A stretch of DNA of 63,692 nt, filler included, from Reticulomyxa filosa (GCA_000512085.1; 14 parts of 14 records of this genome joined end to end with filler, not necessarily neighbours in it), one strand, 5' to 3'. Numbered from the whole stretch's first letter, positions 26,966 through 39,536 are shown. Numbers and translations: made by a program. Notes: generated from the sequence alone by a model not told the origin.

Positions 26966-29900
26966 ATGCAAGACATCAATCACAATCACAATGTCACAAA
27001 TGAAGGAAATCTGAAATACGTAAAGGAAATGAAAACATTGACGCGCTTATTTGGAGATTCAATTAATAAAGAAGAACTGCAGCAAAAAATAGAACATTAT
27101 AATGGAAATATTGAACTGGTGATCAAATATCTTGTGCAACAATCGCTTGAAACCGAGGTAAAAGTGACATATCTTATTCTCTAAGATTGATTACTTTGTT
27201 GTTTTGTCATATAAAAAAATAGAACAAGTTAGAAGCAGAGATTAAAACAAATGAATTGGAGGATACAGATAATGTAAACAAAAAAAAGTTATGTTTGTCA
27301 ATGGTGTATATTTTACCCTTTTTTTTTTGCTTGTTTGAACGAATAAATAGAAACAAGGACAAGAAAACAAAATGAATGAAATCAATGATAATAATAACAG
27401 TGTACAAAAAGAGATGCACAAAACAGAAATTGGAGAAACAAAACCAGGAATTAACTTACAAGGATATTGCACAAATGAAACTTGTCTAGCATCGAAAGCA
27501 CGATTGCCTGTTTGGATTAACATTGAATATGTTGATATTATATTTATTTCAGATAAGACATCTTTTTGTTGTCCTGATTGTAAAAAATCAACTGTTACGT
27601 CCATTGTAAAAGCAATGTTTTATAATTCTGAACATTCTATTTGTGCAAGTGGTGATTTAGTGGCTGTGGAAGATAACAACTATCAATGCTCATATTCGAT
27701 TAAACCTGGATTGTCTTACGAATTAAAAGCAAATAGAATAAAACAACATGCAAAGAGCATCGAAGATTTAAGAGAAAGGAGTGAAAATGCAATGAATAGC
27801 ATTGAAATTAAAAATTTAGTGACAGAGCTACAAAAATATGAGATTACAGTTGTGAGACCACCTAGTTTAAAAGGAAATGAAAGATTATTGGAAAAGATTC
27901 AATCAGATTATTGTGGTGACTTTAATCAAGCATTTGATATTGGAAGAGTTACTATTTTATGCGATAGTCCAACCAAATTACAAACAGCAGTAGCAGTAAT
28001 GAAAAAAGCAGAACAATTTAATTTAATTGTATCAGAAGATAGAAATTTCTTTGATGAACAGTCAAAGACACATCATCGAGTTCATAATATTAAATTGTAT
28101 GTTCCAAAACATGATGTATATATTGAAATGCAAGCAACATTAAAACAATTTACAACATTGGAAGGATATACTATAATCGAAAATCCAAAATTAAGTCATC
28201 TATTTTATGAATTGATTAGGTCATGGAGACCAAATAGTTTATCAGAAGAAGAATTAAAACAAGAAAGTAATGAAACATTAGCAAAAATTAATGATGTAAT
28301 TTGTGAATGGATTGATACAAAAGAAATTAAAAAAATATCCAATCGTTATAAACCACATTCCGAAATTCAAGTATTGAAACCGCCACAATTAAAAGAAATA
28401 AGCGAAGAACAAATTAATTCTAAAAAAGACACTTCATTAAAATTAACTCAATTTGTATACGATCAACTTTGTACATTCAATCCAAAACAAATGAAAGGAC
28501 AAGCTATTTATGTAATTTTATTTGAATTTTTTAAAAAATATATTATGGGCGAAATGAATCCGACAACTTGTGCTGATGTCGCGTCAATATTATGTGAATC
28601 AAAAAAACAAGAATTAGAAGAAGATACAGCCATGTTACAAGCTCTTGAAACATATATTCCATTGCAAGCAAATAATTATCCATGTAATGACGATAATGCC
28701 AATGAAAAAAATGATTCTTATGATTGTCATCAACATATACTTGATTTGTTAACAGAGAAAAAAGAAGAGAAAAAAAATGAACAACAAATAGTGATATTAC
28801 AAGGAAAATCAGGTTCTGGGAAAAGTCTATTTTGCCGTCATTTAGAGGAAACTCTATGGGAAGCATATGAAAATGATTTTACAGCATCTATTCCAGTTTA
28901 TATTTCATTACCAAAATGTTATAATGAATTAAATGAAAAACAAATTATTTCACAAGCTTTACAAATGAAGCAACTTAATAAAGAGATAGTTAATGTGATC
29001 CGTGAAAGTACTTCATTTGTATTTATTTTGGATGGATTTGATGAAATATTTGATAAATATAATAAAAATAAAAATAACGATAATGAAAAATATTTTTATA
29101 ATCGATTTAACTTAAATGAATGGAATGCAAAAATTATAATCAATTGTCGAAGTAATGTTTTAAGTGATGATGATATCAATCAAGTTTTAATTAGCTCAAA
29201 TAATTGGATGACATCAATGATATATTTATGGCCCTTTTCAAAAGAACAAATGAATGGATATATTGACAAATTTGTAAAAATGAACAAAAAAAATAAAATG
29301 AATGATAATTTAGATTGGACGACACAACAATATGAAGAAACATTACAAAGCTATCCGAATTTACATAAAATGATGGAAGAGCCATTTTTACTTCGGTTGA
29401 TATTAACTGTATTACCATCATTGATAAAACAACATCCAATCAAAACCGACATATCTAAATCACAAATTTATGAAGCATTTAATGAACAATGGATTGATAT
29501 TCATGTTAAAAATATTTCTAATAAATTATCAGAATTAAGAATGCAAACCAATTTTAAAAGAATTAAATCATCATTTCAACAATATTGTCAAAATTTAGGA
29601 TTTGAAATGTTTCTTCAAGGTAATACAATCGCAACAGAAAATTGTGATAATGATACAAATAATGAAATTTTGAGTAAATTAGATCCAACAATGGAAACAG
29701 AGATCAAAAATATTGATGAAAACATGCAAACGAAGGAAATGGATAAAAATGATGATTCGATTGTAAAAAAAAAATTTTGGAACAAATATTTTAGTAGTAA
29801 TAATATAACTAGACATGTGCCGAGAAGAAAGGAAGATGATAACAATCAAACTGTAAATGAAGATCTGGAAAAAAAAACAAATGAAATCAACATCTCTGGT

Positions 29901-32660
29901 GTAAAGACACAAGATGTTTGGGAAAAGTATTTCAATGCTGACAGTATTGCGAAATATATATTAAGAAGAATTGGTGATAATAAATATCAATTTTTACACA
30001 AATCTTGCCAAGAATATTATGCAGCACAAAAAATTATATTTGATATTATTTCATGGAAGCCCAATATTATTGGCATTGTTGACATTGATAATAAACGATT
30101 TCAACAACAATTTGAAACTCATGTTCAAAAATTATCTATTAATTGTAGGTTATTGAATGAAGAGTTAGGAATTATTCAATTTATTGCTGAAAGAATTCAC
30201 GAAATAAATCCAATATTTGTAAATTTAAAATCAAGGTTATTTCGAATCATTGAAGCATCAAAGAATAATGAAAATGTTAGTATTGCAGCAGCAAATGCAG
30301 TTACTATTCTTAATTCTGCAAATGTAAATATGCATTACAGAAATTGGGATAATATCAAAATACCCCATGCAATTTTAGATCGTGCATTTCTTGAAGGAAC
30401 CGATTTTACTAATGCCAACTTAGATCATGTTCGTTTTTATCAAGCTTTTTTAAGCAAGGTTAATTTTACAAATGCATCAATGAATCGAATTTATTTTGGA
30501 GAATATGCTTATTTGGAAGGACATTCGGATAATGTAATTGGAGTTCAATTTTCACCAGACGGATCAAAAATTTTATCTTATTCACGAGATAAAAGTATTA
30601 GAATATGGAATACCCAATCAGGAAAGCAACTCCATTTGTTGCAAGGACATTCTAATTGGATTAATTCGGCACAGTTTTCGCCTGATGGTTCTAAAATCGT
30701 GTCATGTTCAAGAGATAAAACAGTTCGGGTATGGGATGTACTATCAGGACAACAAATTCAAATCTTTGAACATTCAAAACAAGTAAATGCAGTACAGTTC
30801 TCACCTGACGGTCTTAAGATTGTATCAGGTTTAGATGATGATACTATTCCAATATGGGATGCATTATCAGGAAAACAGCTTCAATTATTAAATGGACATT
30901 TAGGAATTATTTCCGGTATACAATTTTCACCAGATGGCTCTAAACTTGTTTCATGTTCCAATGATAAGACCATTCATATATGGGACGTATTTTCTGGAAA
31001 GTCATTACAAATATTAAGAGGACATTTACGTACTATAAACGGAATACAATTTACGTCAGATGGATCAAAAGTTATATCATGTTCAATTGATAGAACTATT
31101 CGAATATGGGATGTATTTTCAGGACAGCAAATACAAGCATTTGAAGGACATTCAGATGCAATAAATGGAATACAGTTATCATCAGATAATTCGAAAATTT
31201 TATCATATTCAAATGATAAAACAATTCGAATATGGGATATATTATCTGGAAAACAAATTCAAATATTGGAAGGACATTCAGAAAAAATAACTTCAGCACG
31301 ATTTTCATTAGATAGTTCTAAAATTGTATCGGCTTCATCAGATAAAACAGTTCGAATATGGGATATATCATCTAAAAAACAACTTCAAGTATTAGAAGGG
31401 CATTTAGGTGGAGTATGTGGAATAGATTTTTTTCCAAAAGATCATAAAATTCTATCATGTTCAAATGATGGAACAATTCGAATATGGGATATGGCACTAG
31501 AAAGAAAAATTCAATTAATTGAAGAATATTTAGATGATGTAACTGATGTGCAATTTTCACCAGATGGCTCTAAAATTGTATCATGCTCACAAGATAAAAC
31601 AGTTCGATTATGGGATGTACGATCAGGAAATCAGATTTATGCATTCGAAGGTCATTCAGGTGGTGTTCGTGGAGTATTATTTTCATTAAATGGCTCTAAG
31701 ATTATATCATGTTCTTCTGATAATACAATTCGGATATGGGATGTATTATCTAATAAACAATTGCATGTTTTAGAAGGCCATTCTGATTATATAACAGCAA
31801 TTCAAATCTCATCAGATGACTCTAAAATTGTATCATGTTCAATAGATAATACAGTCCGAATATGGGATATATTATCAGGAAAACAACTTCAATTAAATAC
31901 ACATGCAGAAGGTGTAACTTGTGCACAATTTTTTCCAGATGGATCTAAAGTTGTATCTTGTTCTTATGATAAAACAATTCGAATATGGAATGTATTATCT
32001 GGAAGACAAATTTTAATTTTAGAAGGACATTTAAAATCTGTAAGTGGTATACAAATTTCACCAGATTGTTCTAAAGTTATATCATGGTCATGGGATAAGA
32101 CATTTCGACTATGGGATTTATCTTCCGGAAATCAACTTTTATCATTTGAAGATCCAGATTGGATAATTAAAGCATGTTTTTCTCCAGATGGAAAGAAAAT
32201 TATATCATGTTCATTAGATAAAATGATTCGATTATGGGATGTATCTTCTGGAAAACAACTTCAAGTGTTCGAAGGGCATTCTGCATACATAAGAGAAGCA
32301 CAATTTTTTTCAGACGGTTCAAAAATTATTTCATATGCAGACGATAAAACTATACGAATATGGGATATATTATCAGGAAAACAAATTCAATTATTAGAAG
32401 GACATAATAGATTTATTAATGGAATAAAAGTATCACCAGATGATTCAAAATTGATATCATGTTCAAATGATAAAACGATTCGATTATGGGGTAGTGGTAA
32501 CAATAAAATATTTGATGTAACAGAGAATAGTCTAATTAAATGTATTTGGAGAAGAGGCGTTCAAAGTGGTTTATCAATGAAATATAGTATTTGGAAGGAT
32601 GCAAAAGGTTTGACAGTTCAACAGAAATTACTTGTGGAACAACGTGGTGGGATATTTTAA
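26966..32660 (+). CDS. NLR/STAND protein: UBA/CUE-like + Cys-rich Zn module + RelA/SpoT-like nucleotidyltransferase + NACHT + pentapeptide repeats + 16 WD40 repeats
   Basis: Main 1762-aa ORF at 27372-32660, plus two upstream exons (26966-27157, 27223-~27273). Walker A GKSGSGKS at about 28803, Walker B FILDGFDE at about 29020, PFLL, WHD FLHKSCQEYYAA at about 29990, pentapeptide repeats at about 30350-30490, and 16 GH..FSPDG.KI.S.S.D.TIRIWD repeats at about 30510-32490. Confidence 0.92.
30510..32490 (+). repeat. 16 highly similar ~126-bp (42-aa) WD40 coding repeats
   Basis: Recurrent GAAGGACATT...CCAGATGG...CGAATATGGGAT units. Confidence 0.9.
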
Positions 32661-33372
32661 TTCGTTTGTTTGTTGAACTGACCGCAGTTTTTTTATTGAC
32701 CTTTTAGTGAAAATATTCCTTTTGAGTAGCAAATATACATTGCATAATACGTTTGCTTTTCAAAGTTTATCTTTCCAGTTTTGATCACTCAATGTGTAAA
32801 TACTACACTCAAGAATATCACTTTTTTTTCATACAATTAAAAATTAATGCATGAACAATATACAATTGACTACAAACAAAACTGATCCCCTAAAATCAAT
32901 CTCTACAAATACTTGAATTTTATTCACGAAAAAGCACCTTTTTGAAATTTTTTGTCCAATTATCTGTAAATGGGAAGTCCAACGTATGTTTGGCTTTTAA
33001 TAAATGTTGAAGAGTACAAAAATTTTATTATTTTAAAATTTAAAAAAATTAAAAAATTACTTAAAAAGTAATTTTTGTTATAGATTTTTAGTCTATATTT
33101 TAGAACAACGCGTCCTTTTGCTGTTTTATCGCTGAACTTCTTATTTCGTTAACTAAGATAAGGACAATGTATAAAAAAGATTTGCAATTTTATTGGATAT
33201 TCGAATGTTATTATTTGTTTCAATTACCTACAAAAAAAAGAGCTAGTAAAAGATATATTTTGTTAACACTCAATTTCTTCTAGGCACGTTTGATTTGTAA
33301 AAAAAAGATAGAAAGAAGAGATTTTGCAAGAGTTAAGTAAGAGTAGGATAGATTTTTTTAAAAAAGAGGATA

Positions 33373-34320
33373 TTAAGACTCTTTGTCGTCCAGAGAAGAA
33401 GAAATAGGGGTAAGAGTAGTGGGAGAAGTGGAAACTTGTTGGAAGTTTTGAACAAAGTCGTTTCGCAACGTGTGGTTAGGAATGGTATTGACAATCCAAT
33501 TGAGGGCATCTTCCAAAGACTTCCAATCTAAGCACGACACTCCCATCAATCGCATTGGTCGATTGTGGCCAATATTTGCGTGTTGCTGTGCAGTATCCAA
33601 AGCCGAAGGGCTTTCTTTGCCTTTGCTTTTGTGTTTATTCACAGACGACACATCCGTTTTGTCTGAGCTCACATGTTCATTATTTTTATTTTGGATTTGG
33701 CTATCATTTTCTGTTGATTTGACCTCCGTGCCAGAGTCATCCATTTCCTTTGTCTTGACGTCACTCACAGCTTTGCTATCTGCATGTGCGTGCACATGTG
33801 CATGCGCGTGCGCACATGCATCCGGATTGGTGCCAGTAAGGCCATGAAAATGATTATTGCTAACGTCATTAGTTTGCTTGGTATTGGAAGAAGAGTCAAA
33901 AGCAGAAGCAGAAGCAGAAGGAGAAGGAGGAGGAGGAGGAAGAGGAAGAGAAGAGGGAGTACCATTGTGAATTGGACTTTTATAGCTGCGAAAGTAGCTA
34001 AACAAGAAATGGGTATTTATGTGAGGAGAAGAAATGTTCAAATATGGTGACAGCGTTTTCGATTTATCTTCCTCTTGCTCCTTCTTTTCCTCTTTTTCTT
34101 CCTCTTGTTTCCTCTCTTTGCCAGTGGTGTCATCGGCATGTGCATTCTCCTTGCAACAATCTTCAAATATGGCCGACATGTGTTCCACTTGAATAGCTTG
34201 CTTTAAGTCTTGTTTATTACAAAGAATCAACAAAGGAGCATATCGCAAGTCCCGATCATTTATTATGTGACGCAATTCTTTTTGTGCTTCCTCAAACCTT
34301 GCATATGTGTCCAAGTATTA
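33373..34320 (-). CDS. Arf/Arl small GTPase C-terminal half with a large low-complexity insertion (5' truncated)
   Basis: RFEEAQKEL..LRYAPLLILCNKQDL (G4), then about 200 aa of insert, then MRLMGVSCLDWKSLEDALNWI (G5 and terminal helix). Confidence 0.75.
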
Positions 34321-34536
34321 TCGGATTTGTTTATAACATACACATAATATTATGTATACATATGTATTTGTATATGTATATTATTACCATATTAATGATT
34401 GATTTACAATCAATATTAAACACACACACACACACANNNNNNNNNNNNNNNNNNNNNNNNNNNNNNNNNNNNNNNNNNNNTTAATTAATTAANNNNNNNN
34501 NNNNNNNNNNNNNNNNNNNNNNNNNNNNNNNNNNNN

Positions 34537-35410
34537 AAAAAAAACTATATCGCTATGTTTGTCAATATCCCGAAGATATTTCTATCAAATGTCCTCATGT
34601 ATTATTGAGATGTGATTTACTTTTTCAAAAATATAATGATATTACTCTTAATGATCAAGAGATGATTGTGTTATCTTTTGGGGGAAAACATAATGGCAGT
34701 AATAGTCACACATTAATGATGAAATATCATAGCGTATGGGATGATCAAACCCAATTGCAAAATAATGAATGGAAGGCATTAATTCATCCTGAGACAAAAG
34801 AAAAATTGCAATTGAATGATTATGGATTAAGTACACGTGCGTACATTGGTGGCACAAATAATAATTTGTTATTTATCAGTTCCAATAATAGTATAAACGT
34901 TATCGACATTACGACTTGTCAATACTTGCCAGTAGACGGAAAAATACCAATGGAAGACTCATATCAATGTATTATTCCATTTGCACCACAAAATGAAATT
35001 GCAGTGAATGAATTTGTTTTGATTGGCACAAAAAATTGTATGCGAATGAAATATGATGAAAAAAAGTTGAATTTTTCTCGTTACCAATCATTACAAGTTT
35101 ATTATTGGGATATTATGGATATGGTTATATTTTTGTAAATGGTTATATCATATTTTTTGGTGGATTCAACGATTGCAATGACCAGATTGTGCTTTGATGT
35201 TGTCCAAATATTGTCGTGCATGGAGAAGATATGAATAAGATCAAATTGCCCATAAACTGTGTGGAAGTTGCGCCGTATTGTCATCGGATGGTTTGACTAT
35301 TTATATCTTTGGTGGGAATGTCGGCACTCGTTATCAGTCATCTCATTACGTTGCAAGAATCACAGATTTGATTGGCACAGATGAAAAGCACATTTTTGAA
35401 GTTAAATAGA
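34537..35410 (+). pseudogene. Kelch-repeat family gene fragment (frameshifted)
   Basis: VLSFGG..HTLMMKYHSVW, RAYIGGTNNNLLFI; later GYGY..IIFFGG motifs appear in shifted frames. Confidence 0.65.
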
Positions 35411-35639
35411 TGGACTTCAATGTTAAAAAAATAAATGTAAGCAATTGTTTTCGATGCACTTTATGTGAAAAGGAAACAAAAGATAATGATGAATATAAAA
35501 TTGAAAGCTTAAAAATGGAGGAATCAGTTCAAGAAGCGAAGGTAAAGAGAAAAAAAAAAAAAAAGATTTATTTTATTTGGATTCAACATATGATAGATGT
35601 TAGAATCAGGTTTCATAAATAAAATACAACCTCATTTAA

Positions 35640-36480
35640 TGAAAGGCGTCAGTTTTTCTCAATGGAGATGAAATATTGATATTAGGTGGAAATGATAGAG
35701 GTTCTTGTTATTCTTATCATACAATCAAGAAAGGATACAGATTTATTACTCTTTATCCTGAACGTGCGGCTACACAGGGACATATTGTTGTTAGATACGA
35801 CAAAATATTGCACAATCAATTGAATCCCGAATCCGAAAATGGATTAGAAATGGTCTTATTGTCTATCGGTGGAAAACGCGAAATAAGACCGAGTCATACA
35901 TTAGTGATGAAATATCACAGTGTCTGGGATGATACCAATACAAAGATCAATGCAAAGACCAATGAATGGGTTTCACTGACGGAAGAAAAGACCAATGAAT
36001 TAATAAAATTTAAAGAATATCTAGACAGTGCTCGTGGATGTCTGAGTGGAAAAAATGGAAACTTATTGATTGTTTCTGTTAACAAAACCATCGATGTAAT
36101 CAATCTTGACACATGCCAATATTTATCCACGATATCAAATTTACCAAGGTATTTTTTCTGGCATTGCATGATCCCATTGCCACATGACAATGATATTAAT
36201 ATTAATCAGTTTTTTTTTATCAGTGAAATATGATGAAAGTAATAACATTGTCAAACATGAAGAATTATCTGTTATTACATCTTTGTCTACATTTCTTGGA
36301 TATGGCTATGTTGAATTGTATTAGTTGGAGGGACTACTTCGCTTTCGGATATTCGAGGTAATGATGTCTACATTTTTTCTTTGAAAGATCGTACTTGGAT
36401 GAAATCAGAATATCCTTTATCATTGGAATTGGCTGGATGTTGTCTGGTTTCAACGAACAATTCTACTATCAGAACAATAT
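35640..36480 (+). pseudogene. Second Kelch-repeat unit or gene fragment (stops and frameshifts)
   Basis: EILILGG..CYSYH, LLSIGG..HTLVMKYHSVW, FWHC; in-frame stop at 36233. Confidence 0.6.
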
Positions 36481-36821
36481 AAATCGTTGGAAAATCAACT
36501 TGTCCATTATACAATAGACACTGACTTGTTGTTGTCCCAAGAAATAATTGATCTAAGGACAAATATTTTAGTTTTATTACTTTAATAATTTTGAGCGTAA
36601 TCAAATTTTTGCACGTTTTTTTTAAATTTGATCAACAATATTTCGTGTAAAGATATTTTTTATATGTAATATTAGTTACTAAGCAATTCTATTGTCAAGA
36701 TAATGCTGTAAATCTATCCAAAATCTTTTTATTTACAACAACAGATATGTTGTAATTAGCACACATATATTGGAACTAGTTGTGTTAAAAAAAAAAATTG
36801 TAGTAATTTTTTTTAACATTG

Positions 36822-37767
36822 AATGATAGATAATGTCTTCGATTTTTGAGAATATTGCGTGAAGATTGCCAAAGACCGAGCTTCATTTGCACTTAGTTTG
36901 TACTTAATTTCCTGTTTGACTTCCCTCCTTTCATTGATTTTTTTTTTTGACGACACAAGTAGGATGGGTCTTTGTTGCCTGGTTTTATTTTGTCACGTGC
37001 AAAAGCAAGAAATTTGGTGGTTCCATTTAAAAATGAAAATGAAGTGAGACTATTTTTGATGGATTTGATATTCAAAGGTACGGATTCACAGAACATAACT
37101 AGTACAAAGTTAAATTGGCCAGTATTTGACTTTTGCAATCAGTTTTTACAGACACAACAAGAGCTATATGATGCCACTCGTGACTTGGTGACATACCTAT
37201 GTATCAATCACAATGTACGTGTTATCGAAATTCGATTTTGTCCAGAATTGCACACGTTGGAAGGACTTACGCATGACGATATTGTTCAAGCTGGACAACA
37301 GAATATGGCTACAAACTTTAAAAAAAAATCAGGGCGGTACGTAACTCTGCTATATAAAATACTTGACTAAGCAATGCACTCAAGTATAAAATAAAAAAAA
37401 ATAAAAAAAAGGGATAATTATATGTGCATTGCGATCATATCCTGAATCCCATTCACTGCAAATGGTGGAATTGTGTAAAAAGTACTTAGGAAAAGGGGGG
37501 ATTATTGGATTTGATATTGCCGAATATGAAAGTGATTATCCTTTATCAATCCATAAAAAAAGTATTGGAATTAGCAAATGATTTGGATATTCCTATCACT
37601 GTTCATATTGGTGAATTTCCACAAACATTGAATAATTTTCCATTTTTGTTGCAAAATTGGAAAACTTGCAAGGTGCAAAGAATGTCACATTGAATTGAAC
37701 TGGGAAAAGATCATCAAGTATTAACTGAATGCAGTAAGACAATTGGAAAACATGTTGCAATTGAATA
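36822..37767 (+). pseudogene. Adenosine deaminase family (ADA/ADAL) gene, disrupted
   Basis: KTELHLHL, IEIRFCP, IICALRS, IGFDIAEYE, PITVHIGE, RMSH; several frameshifts and in-frame stops. Confidence 0.75.
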
Positions 37768-38799
37768 NNNNNNNNNNNNNNNNNNNNNNNNNNNNNNNNN
37801 NNNNNNNNNNNTTAATTAATTAANNNNNNNNNNNNNNNNNNNNNNNNNNNNNNNNNNNNNNNNNNNNTAATATCAATCACTTTATTCAAATAGTTGACAG
37901 TGATGTGAGTGTGCTGAATGGTCATTCGAAAATAAAAGCAAATGAATGCATTTGCTAGAATCCGTCCAGTCTAAGTTTATCTGAAGATGTTTTTTGTTTT
38001 GTATTTTGGAATCATTTCATTACTATTCTTATTATCATTATTATTGTCATTATCATTATTATATTTATTGTCATTGTTACAGTCATAGCCATAATCGTTG
38101 CTACTGCCATTTCGATGAGAAATCTCCTTTTTCATTTGCTCTTCATTTTGTTGTTCTTCCTTTTGTTTTTTCGCTTCGTCGACTCCTTTGCAAAACATTT
38201 TGGAAAAGTACGATGTGACACGGTCTTGCAGTTCATTCAAGAAATGCGAGTCTTTTTTGCAATAATCAAACGCCAAGTATTCGATGGCTCGAAGCACTTG
38301 TTCGCCGCTGAACAACGTGTTCATCGACTTGACCCATGTGCTTTACTATCGGTAGTAAGTGCACTTTCATCGACGACACATGTTTAGTGAATGAAATGAC
38401 TCGGACTAGCGTGTGTCGTGCGTTCACAGGTATTGGTTCATATGTTTTTGGGGTCGGCTCGCCCATCATTCCTTTCGGCTCCGTTTCGTCCTCTTCCAAA
38501 CGGAACGTGTGCTGTACCTCGTTGCTCACGTGCTCCTGATTCGACGAGCCCCGATATCACATTGAAGTAATGGTCCAATATCTGCGCGAATTCTACATGC
38601 CAAGAAGCAACATGCAAGCACCCTGATTCCGAGCTGCCTTGATTGCAGTGTTGGAACTTGAATTTTTTTAAAATTTGCTATTTGCTTTGTCAATATCATT
38701 GAATCGAGAATCCAAACGTGAGCCCCGATGTAACGACAAATTATTGATCTCTTTCAAATCATATAAACATATGTACATATATATACATTTATATTATTT

Positions 38800-39536
38800 A
38801 TATTTGATCTGCTGTTCAACAGATAACATGACCAACATGTGCTAGCGCGAAGAGAGTATCCAATGCATGTTTAGCAACGACACGATTGCCAATGGCTTTT
38901 TGTAGCAACTTATCAAAATCTTGGGTCGACGTGATTGATATCTTGCTCAAGTTTTCCACTTGTGTTGTATCTGTCTGAAAGTTTTGTCTTATTATTAATT
39001 TTCTGTTTTCGCGTCTAGTAAATCCATTAAATCCTTTTTTTTATATTTATATAAAGTGCGTATACGTCTCATGTTTACAAACTTGAAGTGTTTGACTAAT
39101 GAGCCCCTTTCATTACCCCTTTTTTTTTTAAAAAAAAAAATTTATTTATTAACTTTTATAAATTTGGATAAATTCCACGTAGACTTTCCATTCTTTGATA
39201 ATGGACGGGGCCTTGCCATCCTCCTGTTCATCTTCACCATCGTCATCATCTGTCGCACTAAATGTCCTCGATATCATATTCGTTCGTTCCGTCAAACACT
39301 GCAGTAAGTACTCGATACATCGAGGCAAGATTCCATCCAGCTCTTTGTCAACTGCTCTTTCTTTGTCAAATGTTTCCGGTCCAAACATCTTTTTGTGTGT
39401 ATATGTATATTGATTGAGACTATTTGTAGCTCTTATTGTCGAAACTGTAAGTGATTTGCCTGCCCCACTTTGGCCATAGCAAAAAATCGTTACATTGTAC
39501 CCTTCCAAAGCTGCGTCTACCATTGGTTTGCCAATT
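38800..39536 (-). pseudogene. Kinesin motor-domain fragment, degenerate
   Basis: PMVDAALEGYNVTIFCYGQSGAGKS, TMFG..GILPRC and VEFIQIY. Switch I reads SSR*H with a frameshift, and no DLAGSE was found downstream. Confidence 0.7.

Noticed and set aside
30510-32490. 126-bp periodic repeats as a CRISPR-like array
   Set aside because: They are in-frame WD40 coding repeats with no repeat-spacer structure and no cas genes.
36822-38850. In-frame stops as evidence of an alternative genetic code
   Set aside because: Long intact genes end at TAA, TAG and TGA and read normally in the standard code. The stops co-occur with frameshifts, consistent with decay or error.
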